Notes: a model not told the origin generated them from the sequence alone. DNA of 64,000 nucleotides from the human T2T-CHM13v2.0 reference genome, Homo sapiens (GCF_009914755.1 NC_060939.1), one strand, 5' to 3'; counted from the first letter of the stretch, positions 37,827 to 55,718 are shown. Made by a program: numbers and translations.

Positions 37827-39720
37827 ATAGTACTGAAATAACAGTACTGCAAGTCCTAACCAGAGCAGTTGGGCAAGAAAAAAGTAAAAAGAAGCATCCA
37901 AATTCTAAAGGAGGAAGCGAAATTGTCTGTTTGCAGACAACATGATCTTACCAGTAGGAAACCCTAAAGAATTTTTTTAAAAGCTATTGGAATGAGGAAA
38001 CTAAGTGAAATTGCAGAATACAAAATCAATACACAGAATGACAATTAGCAAGATGACTGACTAGAGAAATTTGAAACTCATCTCTCCCACAAGAAAAGAC
38101 CGTGGTGACTGGAAGCCCAGGAGGGTGGCAATGTAGACATTCATCCTCTGTAGCCCCGTCTCTCCACCTGGATTGGATTGGCCCAGAGACAGGAGGGCAA
38201 TTATAAATATGTAAGTCCCCAACACTGGAACACCAAGATATGTAAAACAAATGTTATTAGATCTACAAGGAGAGATTAGACTCCCAATACAATAAGAGTT
38301 AATGACTTCAATATCCTACTCTCAGCATTGGACAGATAATCTAGACAAAAAAATCAACAAGGAAACATCAGATTTAAATTGCATTATACATCAAATAGAC
38401 CTAACAGATATTTACAGACCATTTCACCCAAAAGCTGCAGAATATACATTCTTCTCACCTACACATGGAACATTCTTCAGGACTGGCCATATGTTTGGAC
38501 ACAAAATAACTCTCAAAATGTTTTACAAAGTGTACATCATATCAAGTGTCTTATCTGACCACAATGTAATACAACTAGAAATCAATACCAAGAGGAACAG
38601 CTGAAACAATGCAGATGCATTGAAATGAAATATGTTCCCGAATGACCGGTGGGTGAAGGAAATAATTAATAATAACATTTATAAATACCTTAAACAAATT
38701 AAAATAGACACTATATGCCAAAACTTATGGGACACAGAAAAAAATATTAACAGGCAAATTTATGGTAATTAATGCCTACATCAAAAAATACAAAGATTTC
38801 AAATAAACAACTTAACAATAAATCTCAAAGAACTAGAAAAGCAATTACAAACTGAACCCAAAATTAGAAGGAAATAAAGAATAAAAATCGGAGCAGCATG
38901 AAACAAAATTTGGACTAAACAATACAAAACATCAATGAAACAAAAAGTTGTTTTTTAAAAGATTAGCAAAATTGACAAATTATTAGCTACAGTGAAAAAC
39001 TTGAGGAACGACCCACCTAAATAAAATCAGAAATGAAAAAGAAGACATCATAATAAAAACCGGAGAAATACAAAGGATCATTAGAGACTACTATGACAAT
39101 TATAGACCAATAAATTTGAGTACCTAGAATAAATGGATAAATTTTTGGACACATACAACCTACTAAGATTGAACCAAGAAGAAATAGAAAACTTGAACAG
39201 ACCAGTAACAACTAACAAGATTGAATCAGTAATAAAAAAATCTCCCAAAAAAGAAAAGTCCAAGACTGGATGGCTTCACTGCTGAATTCTACTGACTCTT
39301 AAAAGAAGAACTAATACTAATTCTTCTCAAACTATTTTAGAAAACTGAAGTAGAGGGAACTCTTCCTATCTCATTCTATGATGCAAGCATAACCCAGATA
39401 ATGAAGTCAGACAAGGACACAAGGAAACAAAAGAAAACTACAAGCCAATATCCCTGATAAATATAGATGTAAAAATCTTCAATAGAATACTAGCAAACTG
39501 AATCCAATAATACATTAAAAAATACCTTATGATTAAATGAGATTTATCCCAGGAATGCAAGGGTGGTTCCAGATTTGCAAATCAGTAAACATGATATATT
39601 ACATCAGCAGAATAAACAACAAAAATAATAATAAACAACAAAAAACATATGACCATCTCAATAGATGCAGAAAAAGCATTTGACAAAATTTAACACCCCT
39701 TCATGATAATTTCTTCAGCA

Positions 39721-39858
39721 AGGAAGGAGGGAGGGAGGGAGGGAGGGACGGAAGGAAGGAAGGAAGGAAGGAAGGAAGGAAGGAAGGAAGGAAGGAAGGA
39801 AGGAAGGAAGGAAGCAAAGTATGTCAGGGAGACAGAGAGAGAGAAGAGAAGAGATGAG
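39721..39858. repeat. Polypurine (GGGA)n-(GGAA)16-(GA)n tract inserted in L1 ORF2
   Basis: 16 perfect GGAA units at 39750-39813, read directly. Confidence 0.95.
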
Positions 39859-41304
39859 ATTAGGAATAAAAGGAAAGAACCTCAAAATGATAAAAGGCAT
39901 ATATGACAAACCCACAGCTAACATCATACTGAATGAAGAAAAGCTGAAAGCTATTTCTTTAAAAACTGGAACAAAACAAGGATGTCCATGCCCACCATTC
40001 TTATTTAACATAGTAGTGGAAGTTCTAGCCAGAGAATTAGGCAAGGAAAAGAAATCAAAGCATCCAAATTGGAAAAGAGAAAGTCAAATTATCCCTTTTT
40101 GTAGATGATAAGATTTTAATAATATAAAAACCTAAAGACTCTACCAAAGAAACTCATAGAACTAATAAACAATTTCAATAAAGTTGCAGGATACAAGATG
40201 AACATACAAAAACTCAATAGTGTCTCTGTACATAGACAACAAACTAGCTGAAGAAGAAATCATCAAGACAATCCCATTTACAATAGCTAAAAAAAAAGAG
40301 AAAAAATACCCTAGGGATAAACTTAATCAAGGAAGTGAAAGATGTCTACAAACTATAAAAACATTGATGAAAGAAAGTGAAGAGAATGAAAGCAAATAAA
40401 GAGACCTTTCATGCTCACAGAAAGAATTAATATTGTTAAAATGGCCATACTGCCAAAAGCAATCTACCAATTGAATCAAAGCCGTAACAAAATGCCAGAA
40501 ACAATCTTTACAGAAACAGAAAAGCCCATTCTAAGATTTGTATCGAACCACAAAAGATCCCCAAAGCTAGAGAAATCTCAGATAAAGGGGAGGGAAAAGC
40601 TGGAGGCATCAAATTACCTTACTTTAAAACATACTACAAAGCTGTAATAACCAAAACAGCATGATATTGGCATTAAAACAGATATTTAAACCAACAGAAC
40701 ATAATAGAGAGCCCAGAAACAAACCATGTATTTAAAGCCAACCGATTTTCAACAAAGGTGTCATGAACACACTATGGGGAAAAGGTCATCTCTTCAAGAA
40801 ATGGGTACTTGGCAAACTGAGTATCCACATGCAGAAGAATGCAACTAGACTCTTAACTCTCACAATATACAAAAATCATCTCAAAACTCTCACAACATAC
40901 AAAAATAATCTCAAGATGAATTAAAAACTAAAACGTAAGATCCCAAGCTATCAAAACACTAGGAGAAAACATAAATGTTTCATGACTCTGGACTGGGCAA
41001 GAATTTTTTTGAGAAGACCTTAAAAGCACAAACAACAAAAGAAAGGATAGACAAACAGAATTACAAGAAACTAAAAACGTTATGCACAACAAAAATGCAA
41101 TCACTGAGTGAAGGCATACCCTACAGAATGGGCGAAAATGTTTGCAAAGTATGCATCTAACAAGGGTTAACATTCAGAATATATAAGAAACTTAACATGA
41201 AAAAAATGTGATTTTAAAATGAGCAAAAGACTTGAATAGATATTTATCAAAAGAATACAGACAAATGTCCAACACACACATAAAAAAATGTCACTATCAC
41301 TAAT

Positions 41305-41866
41305 TATGATGGTTAATATTAAGTGTCAACTCAATTGGATTGAAGGATGCAACGTATTGCCTCTAGGTGTTGCCAGAAGAGATTAACATTTGTGTCAGTG
41401 GACTGGGAAAGAAAGGCCCACCTGCACTGTGGATGGGTCCACATCTATCCACAATGGACCCACAATCCAATCCACTGCCAGTGTGGCTAGAAAAAGCAGG
41501 CAGAAGAAGGTAGAAGAAGCTGAATTGCTGAGTCTTCCAGCCTTCATCTTTCTCCCATCCTGGATGCTTCCTACCTTCGAATATCAGACTCCAAGTTGTT
41601 CAGCTTTTGGGGTCTAGGACTTACACCAGTGGTTTGCCAGAGACTCTCAGGCCTTCAGCCACCGACTGAAGGCTGCAATATCATCTTCCCTACTTTGAGG
41701 TTTGGGGACTCGGACTGAGCCACTACTGGCTTCTTTGCTCCTCACCTTGCAGACAGCCTACATGGGACTTCACCTTGTGATCATGTGAGTCAATTCTTTT
41801 TAATAAACTCCCTTTCGTATATACATATATCCTATTATGTCTGTCCCCCTAGAGAATCCTAATACA
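41305..41866 (+). mobile_element. MLT2A (HERV-L) solo LTR, MLT2A2-like
   Basis: tgatggttaatattaagtgtcaactcaattggattgaaggatgc...taataaactccc...ctagagaatcctaataca; 5-bp TSD ctaat at 41300-41304 and 41867-41871. Confidence 0.92.
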
Positions 41867-42819
41867 CTAATTATCAGGTTAAGGAAAATCAAGACCATGA
41901 TAAGGTATCACCTATTGGTGACATCTTGGCTGTCACCAAAAAGACAAAAGGTAGGTCTTGATGAGTATATGTAGAAAAGGGAACCCCTGCACACTGTTGG
42001 TTGGAATGTAAATTAGTATAGCCATTATGGAAAACAGTATGCAGGTCTCTCAAAAAAATTAAAAATAGAACTATCATATGATCCAGTGATCCCACTACTG
42101 CATATATATATGCAAAGAAAACAAAAATCAGTATTTCAAAGAAGTAATCTGCATTCCCATGTCTGTCACAGCACTATTCACAATAACCAAGGAATGGAAT
42201 TAACCGGTGTCCAGTGGCAGATGATGGATTAAGAAAATATGGTGTATATATACACAATGGAATAATATTCAGCCACAAAAAAAGAACAAAATCCTGTCCT
42301 TTGCAAAATCATGAATCAATCTTACAGACATTTCGTTACATGAAATAAGCCAGAGAAAGACAAATACTGCATATTCTCACTCATATGTAGAATCTAAAAA
42401 GTTCAACCTCATAGAATTAACTGAATACAACTGTAGTTACCAGAGACTAGAGAGGGTAGGGGGCAGTGGGAGCTAGGCAGAGGTTAGTCACTAGATAGAA
42501 AGTTACAGGTACAAGTAAAAGTTCTGGTGTCATATTGCACAGTAGGGTGACCACAGTCAACAAAAAAACATTGTATATCTAAAATAACTATACGAGAGGA
42601 GAGGATTTTGAATGTTCCTACAGCAAAGAAATGATAGATATTTGACGTGCTTGATGTGCTAATTACTCTAATTTTAACATTACACAATGTATACATGTAT
42701 GGAAACATCACATTGTACCCTATCAATATACAATTAGTCAATTACAAGTAAAATAATTTTTAAAAATATAGTATAATTTAATTTATATGTAAGAAAGGCA
42801 ATAAATATATGAAATTAGT

Positions 42820-44968
<2,149 letters not shown>

Positions 44969-45328
44969 ACGGGTTCCAAGATGGCCAAATAGGAACAGCT
45001 CCAGTCTACAGCTCTAGTGTGAGCGATGCAGAAGACGGGTGATTTCTGCATTTCCAAGTGAGGTACCAGGTTCATCTCACTGGGGCTTGTCGGACACTGG
45101 GTGCAGCCCACGCAAGTGTGAGCCGAAGCAGGGCAGGGCATCACCTCACCCAGAAACACAAGGGGTCAGGGAATTCCCTTTCCTAGCCAAGGGAAGCTGT
45201 GACAGACGGTACCTAGAAAATCCGGACACTCTCACCCTAACACTGTGCTTTTCCAATGGTCTTAGCAAACAGCAAACCAGGAGATTATATCCAGCACCTG
45301 GCTCGAAAGGTCACACGCCCACGGAGCC

Positions 45329-45400
45329 TCATTCACTGCTAGCACAGCAGTCTGAGATTGACCAGCAAGGCGGCAGTGAGGCTGGGGGAGGGGCGTCCAT
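45329..45400 (-). pseudogene. Truncated L1 ORF0 (MDAPPPASLPPCWSISDCCASSE*)
   Basis: Antisense ATG at 45400 is homologous to ORF0 (MAGAPPPASLPPCSLISDCCAS); premature TGA at 45329-45331. Confidence 0.75.
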
Positions 45401-45978
45401 TACTGCTGAGGCTTGAGTAGGTAAACAAAGCGGCCAGGAAGCTCAAATTGGGTGGAGCCCACCTCAGCTCAAGGAGGCCTGCCTGCCTCTGTAGACTCCA
45501 CCTCTGGGGGCAGGGTATAGCTGAAAAAAAGGCAGCAGAAACTTCTGCAGACTTAAATGTCCCGGTCCAACAGCTTTGAAGAGAGTAGTGGATCTCCCAG
45601 CACAGAGTTTGAGATTTGAAAACGGACAGACTGCCTCCTCAAGTTGGTCCCTGACCCCCGAGTAGCCTAACTAGGAGACACCTCCCAGTAGGGGCCATCT
45701 GACACCTCATACAGCCAGGTGCCCCTCTGAGATGAACCTTCCAGAGGAAGGATCAGGGAGCAACATTTGCCATTCTGCAATATTTGCTGTTCTGCAGCCT
45801 CCGCTGATGACACCCAGGCAAACATGGACTGAAGCTGACCTCCAGCAAACTCCAACAGACTTGTAGCTGAGTGTCCTGACTGTTAGAAGGAAAACTAACA
45901 AACAGAAAGGACATCCACACCAAAACCCCATCTGTATGTCACCATCATCGAAGACCAAAGGTAGATAAAACCACAAAG

Positions 45979-47006
45979 ATGGGGAGAAACCAGAGCAGAA
46001 AAGCTGAAAATTCTAAAAATCAGAGCGCCTTTTCTCCTCCAAAAGAACGCAGCTCCCCACCAGCAATGGAACAAAGCTGGGCAGAGAATGACTTTGACGA
46101 GTTGAAAGAAGAAAGCTTCAGATGATCAGTAATAACAAACTTCTCTGAGCTAAAGGAGGATGTTTGAACCCATTGCAAAGAAGCTAAAAACCTTGAAAAA
46201 AGATTAAACAAATGGCTAACTAGATTAAACAGCATAGAGAAGTCCTTAAATGACCTGATGGAGCTGAAAACCGTGGCACAAGAACTATGTGACGAATGCA
46301 CAAGCTTCAGTAGCCAATTCAATCAAGTGGAAGAAAGGGTATCAAAGATTGAGGATCAAATGAATGAAATGAAGCAAGAAGAGAAGTTTAGAGAAAAAAG
46401 AATAAAAAGAAATGAACAAAGCCTACAAGAAATATGAGACTATGTGAAAACACCAAATCTACATCTGATTGGTGTACCTGAAAGTGATGGGGAGAATGGA
46501 ACCAAGTTGGAAAACACTCTGCAGGATATTATCCAGGAGAACTTCCCCAACCTAGCAAGGCAGGCCAACATTTAAATTCAGGAAATACAGAGAATGCTAC
46601 AAAGGTACTCCGTAAGAAGAGCAACTCCAAGACACATAACTGTCAGATTCACCAAAGTTGAAATGAAGGGAAAAAAATGTTAAGGGCAGCCACAGAGAAA
46701 GGTGGGGTTACCCACAAAGGGAAGCCCATCAGACTAACAGCAGATCTCTCAGAAGAAACCCTATAAGCCATAAGAGAGTGGGGGCCAATATTCAACATTC
46801 TGAAAGAAAAGAATTTTCAACCCAGAATTTCATATCCAGCCAAACTAAGCTTCATAAGTGAAGGAGAAATAAAATCCTTTACAGACAAGCAAACGCTTAG
46901 AGATTCTGTCACCACCAGACCTGCCTTATAAGAGCTCCTGAAGGAAGCACTAAACATGGAAAGGAACAATTGGTACCAGCCACTGAAAAAACATGCCAGA
47001 TTGTAA
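45979..47006 (+). pseudogene. L1 ORF1p, disrupted
   Basis: atggggagaaaccagagc...catgccagattgtaa; in-frame stops and a frameshift; no long plus-strand ORF in the track. Confidence 0.9.
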
Positions 47007-47069
47007 AGACCATCGATGCTAGGAAGAAACTGCATCAACTAACGAGCAAAATAACCAGCTGACATCATA

Positions 47070-50901
<3,832 letters not shown>

Positions 50902-51146
50902 ACAGTGAGAACACTTGGACACAGGGTGGGGAACATCACACACCAGGGCCTGTCGTGGGGTGGGGGGAGAGGGGAGGGATGGCATTAGGAGATATACCTA
51001 ATGTAAATGATGAGTTGATAGGTGCAGCACACCAACATGGCACATGTATACATATGTAACAAACCTGCATGTTGTGCACATGTAACCTAAAACTTAAAGT
51101 ATAATTAAAAAAAGATATAAATACATAAAAGAAATAAGGTAGATCT

Positions 51147-51198
51147 TATATATATATATATATATTATATATATAATCATATATATAATATATATAAT
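51147..51198. repeat. (TA)n / AT-rich microsatellite
   Basis: Read directly. Confidence 0.9.
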
Positions 51199-51289
51199 CT
51201 TAAAAAGAAAAATATGTATTTTTAAATAATTGGCAAACAGACTGTATATTTTCAAGGTGTGCAATGTTGTGATTTGATATACATATTCC

Positions 51290-51458
51290 TTTTGTTTGTT
51301 TTTTGGAAATGGAGTCTCGCTCTGTCACCCAGGCTGGATGGAGTGCAGTGGCACAATCTTGGATAACTGCAACCTTTGCTGCCTGGGTTCAAGTGATTCT
51401 CCTGCCTCAGCCTCCTGAGTAGCTGGGATTACAGGCGCATGCCACCACACCCGGCTAG
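51290..51458 (-). mobile_element. AluS right arm only
   Basis: ggagtctcgctctgtcacccaggctgg...gccaccacacccggcta, then non-Alu sequence. Confidence 0.9.
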
Positions 51459-51510
51459 AATTTTAAAAAGTTAAATTCTGAACTCAAAAGAATAGAACTA
51501 AGTACACCTG

Positions 51511-51816
51511 ATCATGCCTGTAATCCCAGTGCTTTGGAAGGTCAATGCATGACAATGGCTTCCAGTTCAGGAATTTGAGACCAAACTGGGCAACATAAGG
51601 AGACATTGTCTCAATAAAATATAAAATAAAATAAAATAAATAAAATAAAATGCCCAGTGTGGTATTGTCTGCCCATAGTTCCTGCTACTCAGGAGGCTGG
51701 GACAGGAGAATTACACAAGCCCAGGAATTCGAGGCTGAGGCTGCAGGCAACTATGATCTGGCTACTGGACCTCAGCCCAGGGAGAGAGGGAGACCCTGTC
51801 TTAAAAAAAATAAAAA
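51511..51816 (+). mobile_element. AluJ with an expanded (TAAAA)n linker, 5' tip missing
   Basis: tcatgcctgtaatcccag...gggcaacata...(taaaa)n...agcccaggaattcgaggctg...gagaccctgtct plus tail. Confidence 0.88.
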
Positions 51817-51829
51817 TGGTTCCCACACT

Positions 51830-54800
51830 AGAGGGAGATGGCTGACTAGACACAGCCAGCAAGAACATATGCCATGGAAGGACTAAGAAGGACTATTCAG
51901 TATTATTAAAAAAAAACGCTGGTGCAGTCTGAGCACATATTCAGAGGGAAGATGCTGAGAATAGAGGGAGAATAGAGGGAGAACAGAGATGCTGGGCTGA
52001 AGGAAGAGGAAGCTGGGAACTCTGCCTGGGGCTACCCCACACCAGGATTCCTTCGTGGCCCCCAATGACTACTGGCAAGGGGTGAATTTCACAGTCAAGG
52101 AATGACTTATTCTTGCTATGGACCTCTGGAATCATGGCAGCAATAGATCCCATGACACCCATGGACACTTGAGCTTGCAGGGAGGTGTAGGACTCCAGCC
52201 TCTGCAGTGCCCAGAGTGTTTGGTACAGGAATGTGTTCAGTGGAGTATGACCAGGGATGCCTATCCCCCAAGGTTCGCCATGTGCCCTTTGGAGACTTTA
52301 GCCTTAGAGGAACTGTTAGGCCTGAACAGAGCAAAGTGGCCTCGGCTGTAAGATGGGGCAGTCTGACTTGAGAGCCCCCTTGTCAGCTGGCCTCTTCCAG
52401 GGCCTCAGCCTCACTGTGCGCATTTGCAGTACATCCTTGGATGCCCATCCAGAGTGCCTCCAGCACTGAATCCACCTTATAACACAATCAAACCCCCAAG
52501 CACATCAAAAAGATAAAAGAAAAAAAAATCCAAAGGATGGCAACTTCAAAGATTAAACGAACATCAACCCACAGTGATGAAATAGAACTAGCACAAGAAT
52601 TTAGGCAACTTAAAGAGCTGGACTGTATTCTTACCTCCAAACAACTGCACTAGTTCCCCAGCAATGGTTCTTAACCAGGCTGAAATGACTGAATTGACAC
52701 AAATAGAATTCAGATATGGATAGGAATGAAGATCATCTAGATTCAGGAGAAAGTCAAAACCCAAGCCAAGGATCCTAAGGAATACAATAAAATAATCCAG
52801 GAGATGAAAGATGCATGGCTATTTTAAGAAGGATCAAATTGATCTTACAGATTTGAAAAACTCAGGTTGAGAATTTCACAATAAAACTCCAAGTATTAAC
52901 AACAGAATAGACTAAGCTGAGAAAAGAATCTCAGAGCTCCAAGACCAGTTCTGAGATAATTCAGTCAGAAAAAAATAAAGAAAAAAACAATAAGTAAGAA
53001 TGAACAAAACCTCTGAGAAATATGGGATTATATAAAGAGACCAAGCCTATGACTCAGTGGCATCCTTGAAAGAGAAGGCAATAAAGAAAGCAACTTGAAA
53101 AACATGTTTCAGGATATCATTCATGAAAGTTTCCCCAGCCTTGTTAGAGGCCAACATTCAAATTCAAAAAATGCTGAAAATCCCTCCAAAATACTACATA
53201 AGAAGACCATCCCCAAAACACTTATTCATCACATTCTCCAAGGTCAAAATGAAAGAAAAAATGTTGAAGGCAGCTAGAGAGAAGGAGTAAGTCATCTACA
53301 CAGGGAAACCTATCAGGCAAGCAGCAAACCTTTCAGTAGAAATCCCACAAGCCAGAAGACATGGGGGTTCTATATTCAGTATTATTAAAAAAAAGAATTT
53401 CCAACCAAGAATTTTGTATCCAGCCCAACTAAGCTTCTTAAGTGAAAGGGAAATAAGATCCATTTCATTTTTCATTAAAAATAAAAAACAAACAAAAGAT
53501 CCATTTTAGACAACCAAATGAACAGACTAATAATGAGTTCTAAAATTGAATCAGTAATAAAAAGCCTGCCAACCAGAAAAAGCCCAGGACCAGTTGGGTT
53601 CACAGACAAAATCTTACAAACGTACAAAAAGAGCTAATACCATTGTTACTGAAACTATTCCAAAAAATTGAGGAGGAGGGACTTCTCCCTAACTCATTTT
53701 ATAAGGCCAGCATCATCCTGATACCAAAACGTGGCAGAGATGCACAAATAAAGAAAACTTCAGGTCAAAATATTTGATGAATGTCAGTGCTAAAATCCTT
53801 AACAAAATACTAGCAAACTGAATCCAACAATACATCAAAACACTAATCCATAAAGATCAAAAAGACTTTATCCCTAGAATGCAAGGTTGGCTCAACATAT
53901 TCAAATCAGTAACTGGGTTTCATCACATAAACAGAACTAAAAACAAAAAAAATTTGATTATCTCAATAGGTGGGGAAAAGGCTTTTGATAAATTTCAACA
54001 TCGCTTCATGCTGAAAACCCTCAACAAACTAGGCATTGAGAAAACATTCTTCAAAATAATAAGAGCCATCTATGAAAACCCTATAGGCACAACATAGTGA
54101 GTGGGCAAAAGCTGGATGCGGTCCCCTTGAAAACCAAAACAAGACAAGGATGCCCTCTCTCACTCTTCCTATTCAACACAGTATCAAAAGTCCTGGCCAG
54201 AGAAATCAGGCAAAAGAAATAAATAAAAGAAATCCAGAAAGGAAGAGAGGAAGTCAAACCATCCCTGTTTGCAAATGATAGGATTTTGTACCTAAAAAAT
54301 CCCCACAGTCTCTGCCCAAAAACTCCTTGATCTGATAAACAACTTTGGTGAAGCATCAGAATACAAAACCAATGTACAAAACTCACTCATGTTCCTATAC
54401 ACTAACAAAAACCAAGCCAAGAACCAAACCAGGAATGTAACCTTATTCACAACTACCACAAAAAGAATAAAATACCTAGGAATACAGCTAACTAAGGAGG
54501 TGAAAGATGTCTGCAATGAGAATTACAACCACTGCTCAAAGGTATCAGAGATGACACAAGTGGAAAAACATTCCATGATCACTGATACAAAGAATCAACA
54601 TTGTTAAAATAGGTATACTGCCCAAAGCAATTTATAGATTCAATGTTATTCCTATCAAACTACCAATGACATTCTTCACAGAATTACATAAAAAGAACTG
54701 TTTAAAAATTCACATGGAACTAAAAAAGGAGCCTGAAAAGCCAAGGCAATATTAGCAAAAAGAAAACAACTGGAGGCACCATGTTACCTGAGTTCAAACT

Positions 54801-55243
54801 ATAATAGAGGGCTATAGTAACCAAAAGAGCACAGTACAAGAACAGACACATAGATCAATGGAACACAACAGAGAGCCCAGAAATAAGACCACACACCTAC
54901 ACCCATCTGATCTTTGACAAAGCTAACAACAACAAGCAATGGGGAAAGGACTCTCATTCAATAAATGGTGCTGGGATAACGGGCTAGCCATATGCAGAAG
55001 ATTGAAACTGGATCTCTACCTTACACCACATACAAAAACCAATTTAAGATGGATTAAAAGCTTAAATGTAAAACCTAAAACCACAAAAATCCTGAAAGAC
55101 AACCTAGGCAATCCTATCCTGGACATACCACCTGGCAAAGATTTCATGATGAAGATGACAAAAACAAGTGCAACAAAGACAAAAATTCACAAATGGGACC
55201 TAAATAAACAAACGAGCTTCTGTACAGCAGAAGAAACTATCAA
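51830..55243 (+). mobile_element. L1PA13-16-like element, internally deleted and cut off at 55243
   Basis: agatggctgactagacacagccag 5' start; ORF1 remnant 53095..; ORF2 remnants 53879.. and 54939.. (FNKWCWDN). Confidence 0.82.
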
Positions 55244-55718
55244 GGGATTAGAGGAAGAGCAGCAGAACAAAAGGCAGAATAGAAGGCTCCTCCAAGGAGC
55301 CTCCCTTCTCCACAAGGACACCAAGTTAACATCTATAGATACTTTAAAAAAAAAAAAAAAAACTTTCTTAAGAACCAAAAATCAGGTGAGCACTCATAGT
55401 ACCTGGTTTTAACTTCATAGTGCTGAAAGAGGCACTGAGGAAACAGAAAATACAGTCCTGAATCGCTGACACCACACCTCACCCACTCCTAGAAGCAGCT
55501 GCTTGGCGCAGAGAACATCTCTGGGCACCAGGGTAGGGAGAATACAGCGACTGTGAAGCACAGAACTCAGCGCTATCCTGATAGAGTAGAAAGGAAAACT
55601 AGATTCATCTTATCTGAAGCTCATTCACAAAGGGAGCATTTAAAGCAGCTCTAGACAGAGGGGAATCGCTGATCCCAGTGGTCCAAACTAGAGTACCTAC
55701 AAACCTTGCTACAGATAG

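Larger units (their letters stand above)
33700..38035 (+). mobile_element. Old L1MA/L1M2-type element: 5'UTR, ORF1 and partial ORF2; 3' part missing
   Basis: caagatggctgaccagag 5' start; ORF1 remnants (34700..34885 EIYEMPKKEFKIII, 35172.. IQEAQ); EN remnant 36801..37016 (TIIVEDFNIPLSTMDR). Confidence 0.85.
38046..42766 (+). mobile_element. Second L1MA-type element: 5' tip fused directly to ORF2, complete 3' end
   Basis: caagatgactgactagag start; EN-to-RT remnants (38302..38604, 39821..40108, 40411..40647); L1MA 3'UTR and A-rich end at ~42765. Confidence 0.85.

Noticed and set aside
39703-40044. ORFs with EGRK/LPSF repeats
   Set aside because: Translations of the GGAA microsatellite.
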